Numbered from the stretch's first letter, positions 9,962 through 20,261 are shown. The stretch: DNA of 64,000 nt from Ignavibacteria bacterium UBA2373 (GCA_002344005.1 DDTD01000098.1:18432-82431); one strand, 5' to 3'. The notes: generated from the sequence alone by a model not told the origin. Numbers and translations are program-made.

Positions 9962-11035
9962 GTGTATTTATCTGTACCGAATATTATCTCTCTTACACGT
10001 GTTATTATGGCACCGGTTGTCTATATATTATTAACAGCCCAAGGAAGCCTAACCTCAAAAATAGCGGTAATCATATTTATTCTCGGTGCGCTGACCGATT
10101 ATTTTGACGGATGGATTGCACGTCGCTATAAACAACAAACAGAATTCGGGATATTTTTTGATCCTCTCGCAGATAAAATATTAACAGCATCGGCATTTTT
10201 TGCTTTTGTAACAATGGGAATATTACCGTTGTGGATGGTTCTTATTGTCATATTTCGTGATGTGTTTACCACATTTTTACGATTATTTGCCGATGAAATA
10301 CGATTATCCATAAAAACATCTCGTTCAGCAAAAGTAAAAACATTTATTCAAATGGTATTTATTATTTATTTGCTGATTTTATTATTTATTTCCACCACAG
10401 AAATATCAGCCCCCATTCGAGCCCAAGCAACACAATTGCTCTATGGCACTTATACCGATTGGGCAATGTCATTATTAACGGCATATACCGTATGGACTTC
10501 GATCGAATATATTTTTGCTAATCGGGAAGTCATTCGTCGTTTAATGACCAAAGAAGGTCATGATTATTCGGCAATACTATTGGGAAGTTTTTTTGGTATT
10601 GGTTTTTTGCCCAAAGCTCCGGGTACATTTGGTTCTTTAGCGGCTCTTTTATTAGTTTTATTTTCTCCACCGTGGTATGTCTATGCCATCAGTGCGTGTA
10701 TTGCAACTCTTATCGGTTTTTGGGCAATTCCATCAATGGAAAAGCGCATTGGCGATGATTCACCAAGTATTGTTATTGATGAAGTAGCGGGAATGTGGCT
10801 TACATTTGCTCTTCCTTCTGTCACGATAGGATGGGTATGGGCATTGGTGGGATTCGGACTATTTCGGCTTTTTGATATATGGAAACCCTACCCTATTCGT
10901 TTATTGAATGAACAAATGGGTGCAATATGGGTAATAGCAGATGATATTATTGCCGGATTATATGCAGGATTTTGTCTCTTTAGTCTCTATTGGACTTACA
11001 ATATTTTCTACCTTGTGTATCTTGGTATGAAATAA
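9962..11035 (+). CDS. Bifunctional CDP-alcohol phosphatidyltransferase (PgsA-like) / phosphatidylglycerophosphatase A (PgpA-like) fusion
   Basis: N-terminal half has PNIISLTRV...DYFDGWIARRYKQQTEFGIFFDPLADKIL (CDP-OH_P_transf motif D-G-x2-A-R-x8-G-x3-D-x3-D). C-terminal ~150 aa has LGSFFGIGFLPKAPGTFGSLAAL typical of PgpA. Start set at in-frame GTG 9962 to avoid overlap with tpiA. ATG 10007 is an alternative. Confidence 0.65.
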   Translation: MYLSVPNIISLTRVIMAPVVYILLTAQGSLTSKIAVIIFILGALTDYFDGWIARRYKQQTEFGIFFDPLADKILTASAFFAFVTMGILPLWMVLIVIFRDVFTTFLRLFADEIRLSIKTSRSAKVKTFIQMVFIIYLLILLFISTTEISAPIRAQATQLLYGTYTDWAMSLLTAYTVWTSIEYIFANREVIRRLMTKEGHDYSAILLGSFFGIGFLPKAPGTFGSLAALLLVLFSPPWYVYAISACIATLIGFWAIPSMEKRIGDDSPSIVIDEVAGMWLTFALPSVTIGWVWALVGFGLFRLFDIWKPYPIRLLNEQMGAIWVIADDIIAGLYAGFCLFSLYWTYNIFYLVYLGMK

Positions 11036-11074
11036 TCATTTTTTCTACTTTATGTCTCAACGGAAAATCCGATT

Positions 11075-13417
11075 ATGAAGACAGCACTATTTATCATAGT
11101 ATTGGTTATTGTTTCCTGCCAAGCACGGGGGCAAACTCAATGGCAAGCCAAAGTATTACCTCCGGATTACAAAGACTCCTATTGGTTAGATATATATTTT
11201 TTACCGAGCGACACTCTCTTGGGTTGGGCAGTTGGTGCAAAAAATTCTCCCCCTGTCGCTTCAAAAGATGGTGCTGTGGCTCGTACTACCGATGCCGGAA
11301 AAACATGGGAATGTGTGACAATTATCGGTTCACAGATGTTGGAAAGTGTTCACTTCCTTGATAAAGATGTGGGCTATGCTTCAGGCACCAAAGGGATATA
11401 TAAATCCATAAATGGTGGCATAAATTGGACGGAACTCACTTTACCGGACACACTTGGCGGCTGGGGTTGTCATTTTATTGACAGAGATAATGGTCTCTAT
11501 ATCGGTGGAGGTTGCGGTAATAATCGCAATAGCAATCCGCAGCGTTTTTACAGAACAAGCGATGGCGGCATTACATGGACACGAACAGTCTATAATGTAC
11601 CCGACAATGCATTAACTGACCCTTTACTTATTGAAAAAGACGGACTAGGTTATGCAAGCGGAAGTGGCTGGATATGGCGAACATTAGATGGCGGAAGAAC
11701 ATGGCGAGTGTGGATTTCCACCGGAAATATCAAAGGATGGCAAGAAGAAATTACGAATATTGGTGACAGTTTTTTAGTACCCACATCGGGACTTGATTGT
11801 AATAGCAATGAAAATTACGGCGATTTGCGTTTTACCACCGATGCCGGAAAATCATGGAATACTTTTGCGACAGGCTTTAATATGTTCGGCACATATTTAA
11901 CCTCTGCAATATCGGGATGGGGTGCAGGTACTGATTTTAAGGTCTATTACACGAATGATGCCGGAAATTCATGGATAAATTTAAACTGTGGCATACCGGA
12001 ATCAGATCAATTGGACGATATATTTTTTATTCATGATGATTGGGGCTGGGTTGTCGGAACAAATATCTATGAATACAGAACAGTACAACCGCGTCCAATA
12101 ACAATTTTGCTTAATCGGACAATGCCATTATGCCCGGGCGATACTATTGAGTTAACCGCAGACCAAGACTATGAGAATTATCGCTGGTCTAATGGCGCAA
12201 CAGGAAAAACACTACGAGTAACAAAAGCCGGGAAATATTCTGTGACAGGTAAGGATACTTGGTCTTGCCTTGATGTCACGGCAGATATAGAAGTACTGTT
12301 TTATCCCGTAAAAACTCCAACTATTCAATTATCGGGTTCGACAATTTTGTGTAATGAAGGTGATTCATTGGAATTATCTGCGCAACAATGGTCACAATAT
12401 CCAATCACATGGTCAAATGGCTCAAAAAATACTACCATCACAATTAGTGACAGCGGTGCATATTGGTTTAGCGGTATTGATGAAAATGGCTGCGCATTCA
12501 TAAGTGATACCATACAAATCACAAAAGCTGTCATTCAAAGACCTACTGTACGTTTGTCCGATAAACCACAATTTTGTATTGGCGACAGCATAACATTAAT
12601 GGGATCGGATGGTTTTACAGATTATATATGGAATAATGGATTACAATCGAAATCAATAATCGTCAAACAAAGTGGCATCTATTTTTTCAAAGCATTGGAT
12701 ATATATGGTTGCGAACGCATCAGTGACACCATCACTGTAACAGTATTACCTATAAAAAATAGTTTAGTATTTCTCAATACAGCATTACCCATACGTTTTG
12801 ACTCCATTAATGCACAAAAAATATATTGCAAAGAAATAATCATAAAAAACACAGGAATAGCGACAACAATTCTCTTCCCGTATTTTATCCGCAATACTGT
12901 TTTTTCTCTACCACCATCACAATTTCCATTACGGCTTGCCACAGGAGAAGAAAAATCGCTCACATTGTGTTTTGCGCCGGATACCATCGGATTTCATTGT
13001 GATACCTTAATTATTAATGATACATGCAAAAACCATAGATTACCCGTACAAAGTTCACTGCTTACTTTGGGTGATATAACCATAGACGGCGCATGTGATA
13101 TTCCACTTCGAGTACGCATGAAACGTTCCGGTTCGACATATTACATAGCACCACCCCATCCCAACCCTACCTCCGATGGTTTGCGGCTATTAGTTATCGG
13201 AAAAAGTGACTTTGAGTCTGTGCCATATATACGAATCATTGATAATCTGGGCAATGTCATAACCACAACTGATACCCCGAATCGGCTCCGGACAGCACAT
13301 AGCGAAACAGGTCAATATGAATGGCAAATCAGCACTCAAGGATGGATGCGAGGACATTACGCCGTAATTTTGCATATAGAAGACAGCGTTTTGTGTTATC
13401 CATTCACAGTATATTAG
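11075..13417 (+). CDS. Secreted BNR/Asp-box repeat protein with Ig-like Cys-repeats and probable T9SS C-terminal domain
   Basis: Signal peptide MKTALFIIVLVIVSCQA. Six S-x-D-x-G-x-T-W Asp-box repeats (TTDAGKTW, SINGGINW, TSDGGITW, TLDGGRTW, TTDAGKSW, TNDAGNSW). Three C..GDS..L...Y.W.NG Ig-like repeats. Ends in a beta-rich tail ...HYAVILHIEDSVLCYPFTVY. Confidence 0.6.
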   Translation: MKTALFIIVLVIVSCQARGQTQWQAKVLPPDYKDSYWLDIYFLPSDTLLGWAVGAKNSPPVASKDGAVARTTDAGKTWECVTIIGSQMLESVHFLDKDVGYASGTKGIYKSINGGINWTELTLPDTLGGWGCHFIDRDNGLYIGGGCGNNRNSNPQRFYRTSDGGITWTRTVYNVPDNALTDPLLIEKDGLGYASGSGWIWRTLDGGRTWRVWISTGNIKGWQEEITNIGDSFLVPTSGLDCNSNENYGDLRFTTDAGKSWNTFATGFNMFGTYLTSAISGWGAGTDFKVYYTNDAGNSWINLNCGIPESDQLDDIFFIHDDWGWVVGTNIYEYRTVQPRPITILLNRTMPLCPGDTIELTADQDYENYRWSNGATGKTLRVTKAGKYSVTGKDTWSCLDVTADIEVLFYPVKTPTIQLSGSTILCNEGDSLELSAQQWSQYPITWSNGSKNTTITISDSGAYWFSGIDENGCAFISDTIQITKAVIQRPTVRLSDKPQFCIGDSITLMGSDGFTDYIWNNGLQSKSIIVKQSGIYFFKALDIYGCERISDTITVTVLPIKNSLVFLNTALPIRFDSINAQKIYCKEIIIKNTGIATTILFPYFIRNTVFSLPPSQFPLRLATGEEKSLTLCFAPDTIGFHCDTLIINDTCKNHRLPVQSSLLTLGDITIDGACDIPLRVRMKRSGSTYYIAPPHPNPTSDGLRLLVIGKSDFESVPYIRIIDNLGNVITTTDTPNRLRTAHSETGQYEWQISTQGWMRGHYAVILHIEDSVLCYPFTVY

Positions 13418-13430
13418 ACGGTAAAAAACA

Positions 13431-13943
13431 ATGTGGACAATATCTAATGGTTTGAGTTTCATACGTTTACTTATGTCATTGCCATTAGCGTATTTTCTCT
13501 GGACCTATGACACAGCCGGAGTGATTGTGATGGGTGTTGCCGCATATATTTCCGATATTTTGGACGGTTGCCTTGCCCGAAGACTCAATCAGATTTCAGA
13601 ATGGGGTAAAATTATTGACCCTATAGCAGATAAAGTTTTTGTGGGAACAGCAGTGATCGTTATGATAATGCAGCAACGCATTCCTCTATGGTTTGTGGCA
13701 ATCGTACTCGGCAGAGATTTACTCATAGTCACAGCCGGAGCATGGTACTCAAAAAAGCATAACTTTGTCCTGCCATCCGTCTTCGCCGGCAAAGCGGCAG
13801 TCGTAGCCATTGCATTTGCATTACTCATACATGTCATAGGCGTGCCGACGATAGAGCCATACACACTGTGGTGGGCTTGTTTGCTGATGGCTTTTTCATT
13901 GTATGTCTATGGACATCGTTTATACAAACATATTTCTCAATAA
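13431..13943 (+). CDS. CDP-alcohol phosphatidyltransferase family protein
   Basis: 170 aa membrane protein with DILDGCLARRLNQISEWGKIIDPIADKV motif. Confidence 0.7.
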   Translation: MWTISNGLSFIRLLMSLPLAYFLWTYDTAGVIVMGVAAYISDILDGCLARRLNQISEWGKIIDPIADKVFVGTAVIVMIMQQRIPLWFVAIVLGRDLLIVTAGAWYSKKHNFVLPSVFAGKAAVVAIAFALLIHVIGVPTIEPYTLWWACLLMAFSLYVYGHRLYKHISQ

Positions 13944-13956
13944 CATTAGTATTTTC

Positions 13957-14955
13957 ATGGGTTTTTTTGACAAAATTAAGGCGAAAGTCACATCAGTTTT
14001 TGAAGCGGTCGGATTTGATAAATTAGTGTCGGGTTTAGAAAAAACGCGCGCAGCTTTTGTGAACCGTTTGCAAAAAGTATTAGGCGGCGGCAGAAAAATT
14101 GACGCACAATTATTAGATGAAGTCGAGGAAATACTCATTACATCAGATATAGGCGTAACCACATCTGCAAAAATTATTGAGAATGTCAAAGCCACTGTAA
14201 AAAAAGAGCGTTTTGAGAATGCAGAGCAAATCTATGATTTAATAAAACAGGAAATTCTCGCAATTTTTGCCAAAGCACAACAACAATGGACTCCTTTGGA
14301 TTATAATTTGACAGGAAAATCAAAGCCATATTCTATGCTTATTGTTGGCGTTAATGGTGTGGGTAAAACAACGACAATCGGTAAATTATCGAATAATTTC
14401 AAAAATCATGGAAAAAAGGTTATCATTGGTGCAGCCGATACCTTTCGTGCAGCCGCCAATGAACAATTGGAAGTTTGGGCAGAGCGAGCAGGCGTGGACA
14501 TAGTTTCCCAACATCAGGGAGCTGACCCTGCTGCGGTTGCTTTCGATACTATGAATGCCGCACTTGCACGAGATACCGATGTAGTGATTATTGATACAGC
14601 AGGCAGATTACACAATAAAACACATCTTATGACCGAACTGGAAAAGATAGGTCGTGTCATGAAAAAGAACAGAGCCGATGCGCCCAATGAAGTATTGCTT
14701 GTGTTGGACGCAACCACAGGACAAAATGCCTTGCAGCAAGCAAGGGAATTTACAAAAGTGGCACCGCTCACCGGCTTAATTCTTACGAAATTAGACGGCA
14801 CGGCAAAAGGTGGCATCGTCATAGCCATCACAGATGAATTGCAACTTCCGGTACGATTTATCGGCGTTGGTGAAAAAATTGATGATCTTCAGCTATTTGA
14901 TCCTGTCGCTTATGTCGAGGCATTATTTGAACAACCGGAAAAGGCAGACAGCTAA
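13957..14955 (+). CDS. ftsY: Signal recognition particle receptor FtsY
   Basis: NG domain with GVNGVGKTTTIGKL (G1), DTAGR (G3), TKLDGTAKGG (G4). Start placed at ATG 13957 (MGFFDKIKAKV), which removes the overlap with the upstream gene. Confidence 0.9.
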   Translation: MGFFDKIKAKVTSVFEAVGFDKLVSGLEKTRAAFVNRLQKVLGGGRKIDAQLLDEVEEILITSDIGVTTSAKIIENVKATVKKERFENAEQIYDLIKQEILAIFAKAQQQWTPLDYNLTGKSKPYSMLIVGVNGVGKTTTIGKLSNNFKNHGKKVIIGAADTFRAAANEQLEVWAERAGVDIVSQHQGADPAAVAFDTMNAALARDTDVVIIDTAGRLHNKTHLMTELEKIGRVMKKNRADAPNEVLLVLDATTGQNALQQAREFTKVAPLTGLILTKLDGTAKGGIVIAITDELQLPVRFIGVGEKIDDLQLFDPVAYVEALFEQPEKADS

Positions 14956-15053
14956 TTATGTCCGATAATATCATTTTATTATGATAATTATCATTTTTGC
15001 CATGAGTGCTGCACTCTATTTTTGCACAAAAATTCATTATTCATTACTTTATT

Positions 15054-15449
15054 ATGCCAATTATTACATCTCTCGATCCAAGAATTACACGACTTGGAAT
15101 ACCGGAACACTTTGACACACCTCCATCCGCAAAAGAAGAGTTGGATCAATTTCAAACATTTGAAGTATTTTGCAGGGAAAAAACCGGTGCTCATCATGTG
15201 CATGTGGGTTCTGTGCATGCTCCTTCACCGGAGATTGCTTTAAGTTTTGCAAAAGAACAATATGGCAGACGAGGCAAAGTACTCAATATGTGGGTTGTAA
15301 AAACTGCCGATGTCTATGTCATGGATGAACAAGATGCTGATATGTTCGAAACCGCAGGCGAAAAAGGATACCGCGACGTTGTGGACTATGCAAGAGTACG
15401 TGACCGCATTGATGCTTTTAAACAAAAACAACAAACTATACTTGAATAA
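15054..15449 (+). CDS. paaB: 1,2-phenylacetyl-CoA epoxidase subunit B-like protein (PaaB family)
   Basis: FEVFCREKTGAHHVHVGSVHAPSPEIALSFAKEQYGRRGKVLNMWVVKTADV closely parallels E. coli PaaB (YEVFVRGK...HRHVGSLHAPD...AL..AR..YTRR...IWVV). Confidence 0.7.
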   Translation: MPIITSLDPRITRLGIPEHFDTPPSAKEELDQFQTFEVFCREKTGAHHVHVGSVHAPSPEIALSFAKEQYGRRGKVLNMWVVKTADVYVMDEQDADMFETAGEKGYRDVVDYARVRDRIDAFKQKQQTILE

Positions 15450-15467
15450 TAACTTCTTCAAATACCT

Positions 15468-16217
15468 ATGGCAATCCAAAATTTACTTTTAAGAATGGCT
15501 GATGATGCCCTCATTATTGGTCACAGAAATTCAGAATGGACAGGTCTTGGTCCAATATTAGAGGAAGATATTGCATTTTCTTCAATAGCACAAGATAAAA
15601 TAGGACATTCACTTGCTTTATTCACCATGTTGCAAGAATTTACGGGACTTACTCCCGAGCAAGCGGCTTTTTCACGTAATGCACAAGATTATACAAATTG
15701 CCAATTAGTCGAATATCCTATTGGTGGTTATGATTTCAGTTTAATGCGTCATTTTCTTTTTGATACAGCAGAATTATTGCGCTATCAATTATTGCGTGAC
15801 AGTTCTTTTGAGCCATTAGCAAAATTGGCAAAAAAAGTTGTCGGCGAAATTAAATATCATGTCTTCCATGCCAATACTTGGGTTGTGCAATTAAGTGCAC
15901 AGGGAACAGAAGAAAGCCATAGCATAATGCAGCAAGCTCTCAACACTTGCTATCCATTAGCTTTAGGAATATTTGAACCATCAAAAGTCGAACAAGAACT
16001 TGTTGATACAAATATATTCCTCGGCGAAAAACATCTTCAAAATTTATGGCAGGACTCTATAAAAGAAACATTACAAAAAGCAGGGTTAATACTTCCATCT
16101 TTAACAGATGAAACTGTGGGTTATGGCGGTCGTTACGGCTATCATACAGAATATTTACAACCCTTATTGGATGAAATGACCGAAGTGTATCGTTTGGATC
16201 CAACAGCTGAATGGTAA
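15468..16217 (+). CDS. paaC: 1,2-phenylacetyl-CoA epoxidase subunit C-like protein (PaaC family)
   Basis: LLRMADDALIIGHRNSEWTGLGPILEEDIAFSSIAQDKIGH matches the PaaC signature (L.RIAD..L.LG.R.SEW.G..P.LE.D.A..NIA.D..G). 249 aa. Confidence 0.7.
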   Translation: MAIQNLLLRMADDALIIGHRNSEWTGLGPILEEDIAFSSIAQDKIGHSLALFTMLQEFTGLTPEQAAFSRNAQDYTNCQLVEYPIGGYDFSLMRHFLFDTAELLRYQLLRDSSFEPLAKLAKKVVGEIKYHVFHANTWVVQLSAQGTEESHSIMQQALNTCYPLALGIFEPSKVEQELVDTNIFLGEKHLQNLWQDSIKETLQKAGLILPSLTDETVGYGGRYGYHTEYLQPLLDEMTEVYRLDPTAEW

Positions 16218-16243
16218 TAAAGAATTAAAAAATGTCGCTATTC

Positions 16244-16275
16244 AAAAAAGGAGTCAAAATTGGCTCCTTTTTATC
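16244..16275. terminator. Putative bidirectional rho-independent terminator between paaC (+) and the histidine kinase (-)
   Basis: AAAAGGAG-tcaaaattgg-CTCCTTTT stem-loop, with an A-run on one side and a T-run on the other. Confidence 0.45.
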
Positions 16276-17365
16276 GTTTCAATGTAAAAGAAATTGTTGT
16301 GCCTTTGCCAATATCGCTTTCAGCGGAAAATTGTGATTGATGTGCTTCTAAAATATGCTTTACTATCGCTAATCCCAAACCAGTCCCGCCTACTGCTCGC
16401 GAACGGTCTTTATCAACACGATAGAACCGCTCGAAAATGCGAGGCAAATGTTCTTGCGGAATACCTATGCCGGTATCACTTACTTTAATGAGAACCTCTT
16501 TTTCACGGACAATGGTAGAAATTTTTACTTCTCCCCCATCAATATTATATTTAATTGCATTTTGCACCAAATTCGTAATAACTTGCATAATACGTTCTTT
16601 ATCACCAAATACTGTTATCATTGCGCTTGGCTCCACATCACACAGAATCGTTACTTGTCTTTGTTCTGCCTCAAATTCCAAAGCTTGTACCGTTTCTTTG
16701 ATGATTTCATTAAGATAAAAATAACGAAAACTAAGTCGCATTTCACCGGATTCAATCTTAGATATATTGATGAGGTCACCCAATAAAATATTTAAACGCT
16801 CCGCATTAGTATATGCCCTTTGTGTAAATTGACGTGCAACATTCGGATCATCCAGCGCCCCATCCAACAAAGTTTCCAAATAGCCCTGTATAGAAAAAAT
16901 GGGCGTGCGTAATTCATGGGAAACATTACCAAGAAATTCCGAACGAACTCTTTCTAAACGTTTGGTTTCCGCTACGTCTTTCAATGCTTTATCTGCAAGT
17001 ATTGCAACAGCTTCCGCAGCACGACGCACATCAATCGGAACAGAACTGTCCTCTCGAATTGGTGACACAAATGCGGCACCACCATTGACGGCACTTGCTA
17101 CAGAAGCAATTGATTTTAATGGAACAGAAATTTTTTTTCTGAACAACCATGCTGCAACAATCCCTAATAAAAATGAGATAAGCAAGAGTGTCATGATTAC
17201 GACACTGTTGATAATGAAACCCGATACTTCAAGAGTATCAAACATTCGCATTGTCACAAACGTCACTATGCCCGTCGCAGTGCAAGCGCCAAACACAAGT
17301 ATATGTGTCCACTGATAAGTTTTCATTTGTCTAATATAATGAACAAAATGGTTGCGAATATGCAC
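16271..17365 (-). CDS. Membrane-bound sensor histidine kinase (HisKA + HATPase_c)
   Basis: Two N-terminal TM helices, H-box EFLGNVSHELRTPIFSIQGY, N/G boxes (NLVQNAIKY, DTGIGI, GGTGLGLAIV). No cognate response regulator in the window. Confidence 0.8.
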   Translation of the reverse strand: MHIRNHFVHYIRQMKTYQWTHILVFGACTATGIVTFVTMRMFDTLEVSGFIINSVVIMTLLLISFLLGIVAAWLFRKKISVPLKSIASVASAVNGGAAFVSPIREDSSVPIDVRRAAEAVAILADKALKDVAETKRLERVRSEFLGNVSHELRTPIFSIQGYLETLLDGALDDPNVARQFTQRAYTNAERLNILLGDLINISKIESGEMRLSFRYFYLNEIIKETVQALEFEAEQRQVTILCDVEPSAMITVFGDKERIMQVITNLVQNAIKYNIDGGEVKISTIVREKEVLIKVSDTGIGIPQEHLPRIFERFYRVDKDRSRAVGGTGLGLAIVKHILEAHQSQFSAESDIGKGTTISFTLKR

Positions 17366-17550
17366 ATTTTTTTTGAAATACTACTATTGCCATTTCATTA
17401 CATCATACAATAGTCACATGGATTCTATTATGTGCAGCATGAAAGATAGACTATATGGTAATGATGGAAAAATGATATGTATTCGATAAACTGTGGAAAG
17501 TAACAACAATCAATATTTGTAACAGTTATTCAACTTTATAATAAAAGGCT

Positions 17551-18231
17551 ATGTCACTACGACAAACTATATACTTAGGAATAACTGCGCTCATGATTAT
17601 GATAAGTATTCGCATATTTATCATCGAAATTTTCGTTGTTCCAACTGATTCAATGTCACCAACAATACAACAAGGCGAAAAAGTGATTGTAAACAAAATG
17701 GGATTTTTTATTGGAATACCGGCGAGAATTCCGTTTATAGGCAGAATAATCTCTCCTGTCCGTTTTTCAATTTTTGCGCCACAAAAAAAAGATATTGTTG
17801 TATTTTTTCGTAATAGTCAAAATAATGATGTGCTTTATGTCAAAAGGATGTATGCCACACCTCACGACACATTACAATTCAATGATTCATTGCTATGGAT
17901 ACAATCATCAAGGGATTCTATCTCCTATACAAAAACACAACATTTTTGGATGAGTCAGCTACAATCATCTCTCATAATACCTGCCAAAGGTGATACACTT
18001 CGTATCAATAGTTCTACCATTGAACTATATAAATATGCCATTGAACAAGAAGGAACTAAAATCACCATTCTGAACAATATTGTCTATTTTAATGGTAAGC
18101 CTCAAAATTATTATATTGTTCGCAATAATTATTACTTTCTTATCGGTGACAATGCTGCTCACAGTTACGATTCGCGTTCTTATGGGCTTATACCCGAAAA
18201 CACCATTTATGGGAAGCCACTGTTCTATTAA
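17551..18231 (+). CDS. lepB: Signal peptidase I
   Basis: N-terminal TM anchor, catalytic Ser region VVPTDSMSPTIQQGEKVIV, C-terminal box GDNAAHSYDSRSYGLIPENTIYGKPLF. Confidence 0.8.
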   Translation: MSLRQTIYLGITALMIMISIRIFIIEIFVVPTDSMSPTIQQGEKVIVNKMGFFIGIPARIPFIGRIISPVRFSIFAPQKKDIVVFFRNSQNNDVLYVKRMYATPHDTLQFNDSLLWIQSSRDSISYTKTQHFWMSQLQSSLIIPAKGDTLRINSSTIELYKYAIEQEGTKITILNNIVYFNGKPQNYYIVRNNYYFLIGDNAAHSYDSRSYGLIPENTIYGKPLFY

Positions 18232-18241
18232 TTTTATTCTA

Positions 18242-20257
18242 TTATAAATTTGGTGAATAGAGTACTCTCAGCACAAATTCACGTGTTGGACCGGGCACGG
18301 CGGGAACCAACTGACTTAAATCATTCGCATCGGAGATATATGGTTGTGGATAGAATATCTTTTCATTTGTCAAATTATGACAAGAAAGTGACACGGATAA
18401 ATTGTTGACAGGTAAATCCCATTGTAATGCTAACGTGGAAAGAAAATAAGCAGGAAATTCTTGTACTGAATTTTGCAAAGTATTATCTTTAATACCGGAA
18501 AATCCATAATACGATGATGAATATTGTAATGATGGTGTAATTGTCAGTGTTTGCATTATTGAGTATGATAAAAGACACGCTATTTTATGAGAAGGGAAAG
18601 CAAGATGCTGTGATTGTGGAATAAATGATGGTTGATATTCAATTTCCCTATTTTGAAAAGAATGGTAATATGAATAATTCAACCAACCATTAATATGTGA
18701 GCGTTTAAAACGTATTTCCGTTTCAACCCCATATGTCCCGGAACGATTACCATTCACATATTCCCCAACAATGGACGTATTACGAAATACAATGGGATTA
18801 TCAAGCACATGCATAAAGCCATTGGCAGTCCACATAAGTGAATTTGACAAACGAACTCCGGTTTCTATTTCATAAGATGATGAATATTCAGGTTTTATAG
18901 ATGTATTGGCTGCCGTTATATTCATAATAGTCGGTGCACGGAAAGCTCTGCTTGCAAGTGCTTTCACGTGATAATCACCCCAAACTTTTGTCGCTGCAAA
19001 TCGCGGTACAAATGCTGAACCAAATGCACTATTATGCTCCAAACGAAATCCAAATGCCAAATTCACAAATTTTGTAGTCCACTCACCCATTGCATATCCG
19101 GCAATATTCACATAATCAACAGTGGGTGTGGCTTTTCTGTCTGCATCAAACCAGTAAGCACTATCATTGGATGTTGAAAGACCTCGATCAATCCAAGATT
19201 CTAAACCGGTGGAAACAAGAAAATTATCCACAACAGGAATTACGGCTGGTAAAGACACTGTAAATCGCTGCACTTCATACGAAAAATAACTGTCATTTTC
19301 CTTAGCTGTATTATCTATTGTTTCCCAAGGAAACTGTCTTTGAAAAATAATTCTCGGCGTGAATGTAAATGCATCGGTTTGTAGTGTAAAATCAGCATGA
19401 GCATTGAATAAAGAAAAATTGGTCATCATTGATACCCCGTTTATTGGGCTTGCGATACCAAATTTTTCAGACATTATTCCGAAAGAAAAATTGTTGTGTA
19501 CTGCCTGCATGTATAATGAATATGATGAGAATTTTTGTTGTTCCTTCGACGAATACAATTGTCGTTCTAAAAGAGTATCATTATATGCATGGGCATACAA
19601 TTCATAATCGGATTGTACACCATGCCTTAGATTTCCATTCATATACACATCAAAACCCAAAACATTAGTATTAAGATTGCCGGAAACAGTTCGACGAAAT
19701 CCTCCTTCGGACATAATACCGGTTTTTGCTGAAATAGAAGCAGATTCTTTTTTTCTACGTGTAATAATATTAATTACTCCCAAACCGGCAAAACCACCAT
19801 ATTGCACCGATCCCGGACCTCGAATAATTTCAATTCTTTCTATATTATCAACTTCTATACGATTACCAATTACGGGATTGCCATATAAAATATCATTGAT
19901 TGGATTACCATCAATTTGAACAAGTATTTTTCCTTCATGCGCCCAATTTCCTCTTAAGCCGATACCAAGCGCATTCTGTACATCAAGGCCTAAATGGAAA
20001 CCGGGAATTAAACGTAAAATGTCTGTGACATCTCTTGCACCCGACTGAAGTATTTCTTCCCTTGTAATAAGACTAACAATACTTGGAGATTCTTCGATAG
20101 ATGTAAATGTAAGACTGGCTATACGTATGTCTGTTTCTAATAATTCCTCCAAAGACATAGACTCAATAGAACGATCTTCTGTCTGCGAATAACACAAGAG
20201 AGGAAGGGCAAAAAACAAAAAACAATATGTCATGACAGATTTCGGTACTATGCTCAT
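18242..20257 (-). CDS. TonB-dependent outer-membrane receptor
   Basis: Signal peptide, plug domain (DTDIRIASLTFT... IEIIRGPGSVQYG), long beta-barrel region. 671 aa. Confidence 0.75.
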   Translation of the reverse strand: MSIVPKSVMTYCFLFFALPLLCYSQTEDRSIESMSLEELLETDIRIASLTFTSIEESPSIVSLITREEILQSGARDVTDILRLIPGFHLGLDVQNALGIGLRGNWAHEGKILVQIDGNPINDILYGNPVIGNRIEVDNIERIEIIRGPGSVQYGGFAGLGVINIITRRKKESASISAKTGIMSEGGFRRTVSGNLNTNVLGFDVYMNGNLRHGVQSDYELYAHAYNDTLLERQLYSSKEQQKFSSYSLYMQAVHNNFSFGIMSEKFGIASPINGVSMMTNFSLFNAHADFTLQTDAFTFTPRIIFQRQFPWETIDNTAKENDSYFSYEVQRFTVSLPAVIPVVDNFLVSTGLESWIDRGLSTSNDSAYWFDADRKATPTVDYVNIAGYAMGEWTTKFVNLAFGFRLEHNSAFGSAFVPRFAATKVWGDYHVKALASRAFRAPTIMNITAANTSIKPEYSSSYEIETGVRLSNSLMWTANGFMHVLDNPIVFRNTSIVGEYVNGNRSGTYGVETEIRFKRSHINGWLNYSYYHSFQNREIEYQPSFIPQSQHLAFPSHKIACLLSYSIMQTLTITPSLQYSSSYYGFSGIKDNTLQNSVQEFPAYFLSTLALQWDLPVNNLSVSLSCHNLTNEKIFYPQPYISDANDLSQLVPAVPGPTREFVLRVLYSPNL

Positions 20258-20261
20258 AGAT

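Noticed and set aside
9884-10006. ORF-track N-terminal extension of the PgsA-PgpA gene overlapping the tpiA 3' end
   Set aside because: The extension has no homology signal and overlaps tpiA by 68 bp. The conserved PNIISLTRV N-terminal motif begins just after in-frame GTG 9962, so the shorter start is preferred.
13903-13956. ORF-track start of ftsY overlapping the CDP-alcohol transferase gene
   Set aside because: The overlap disappears if ATG 13957 (MGFFDKIKAKV) is used. That residue stretch resembles genuine FtsY N-termini.
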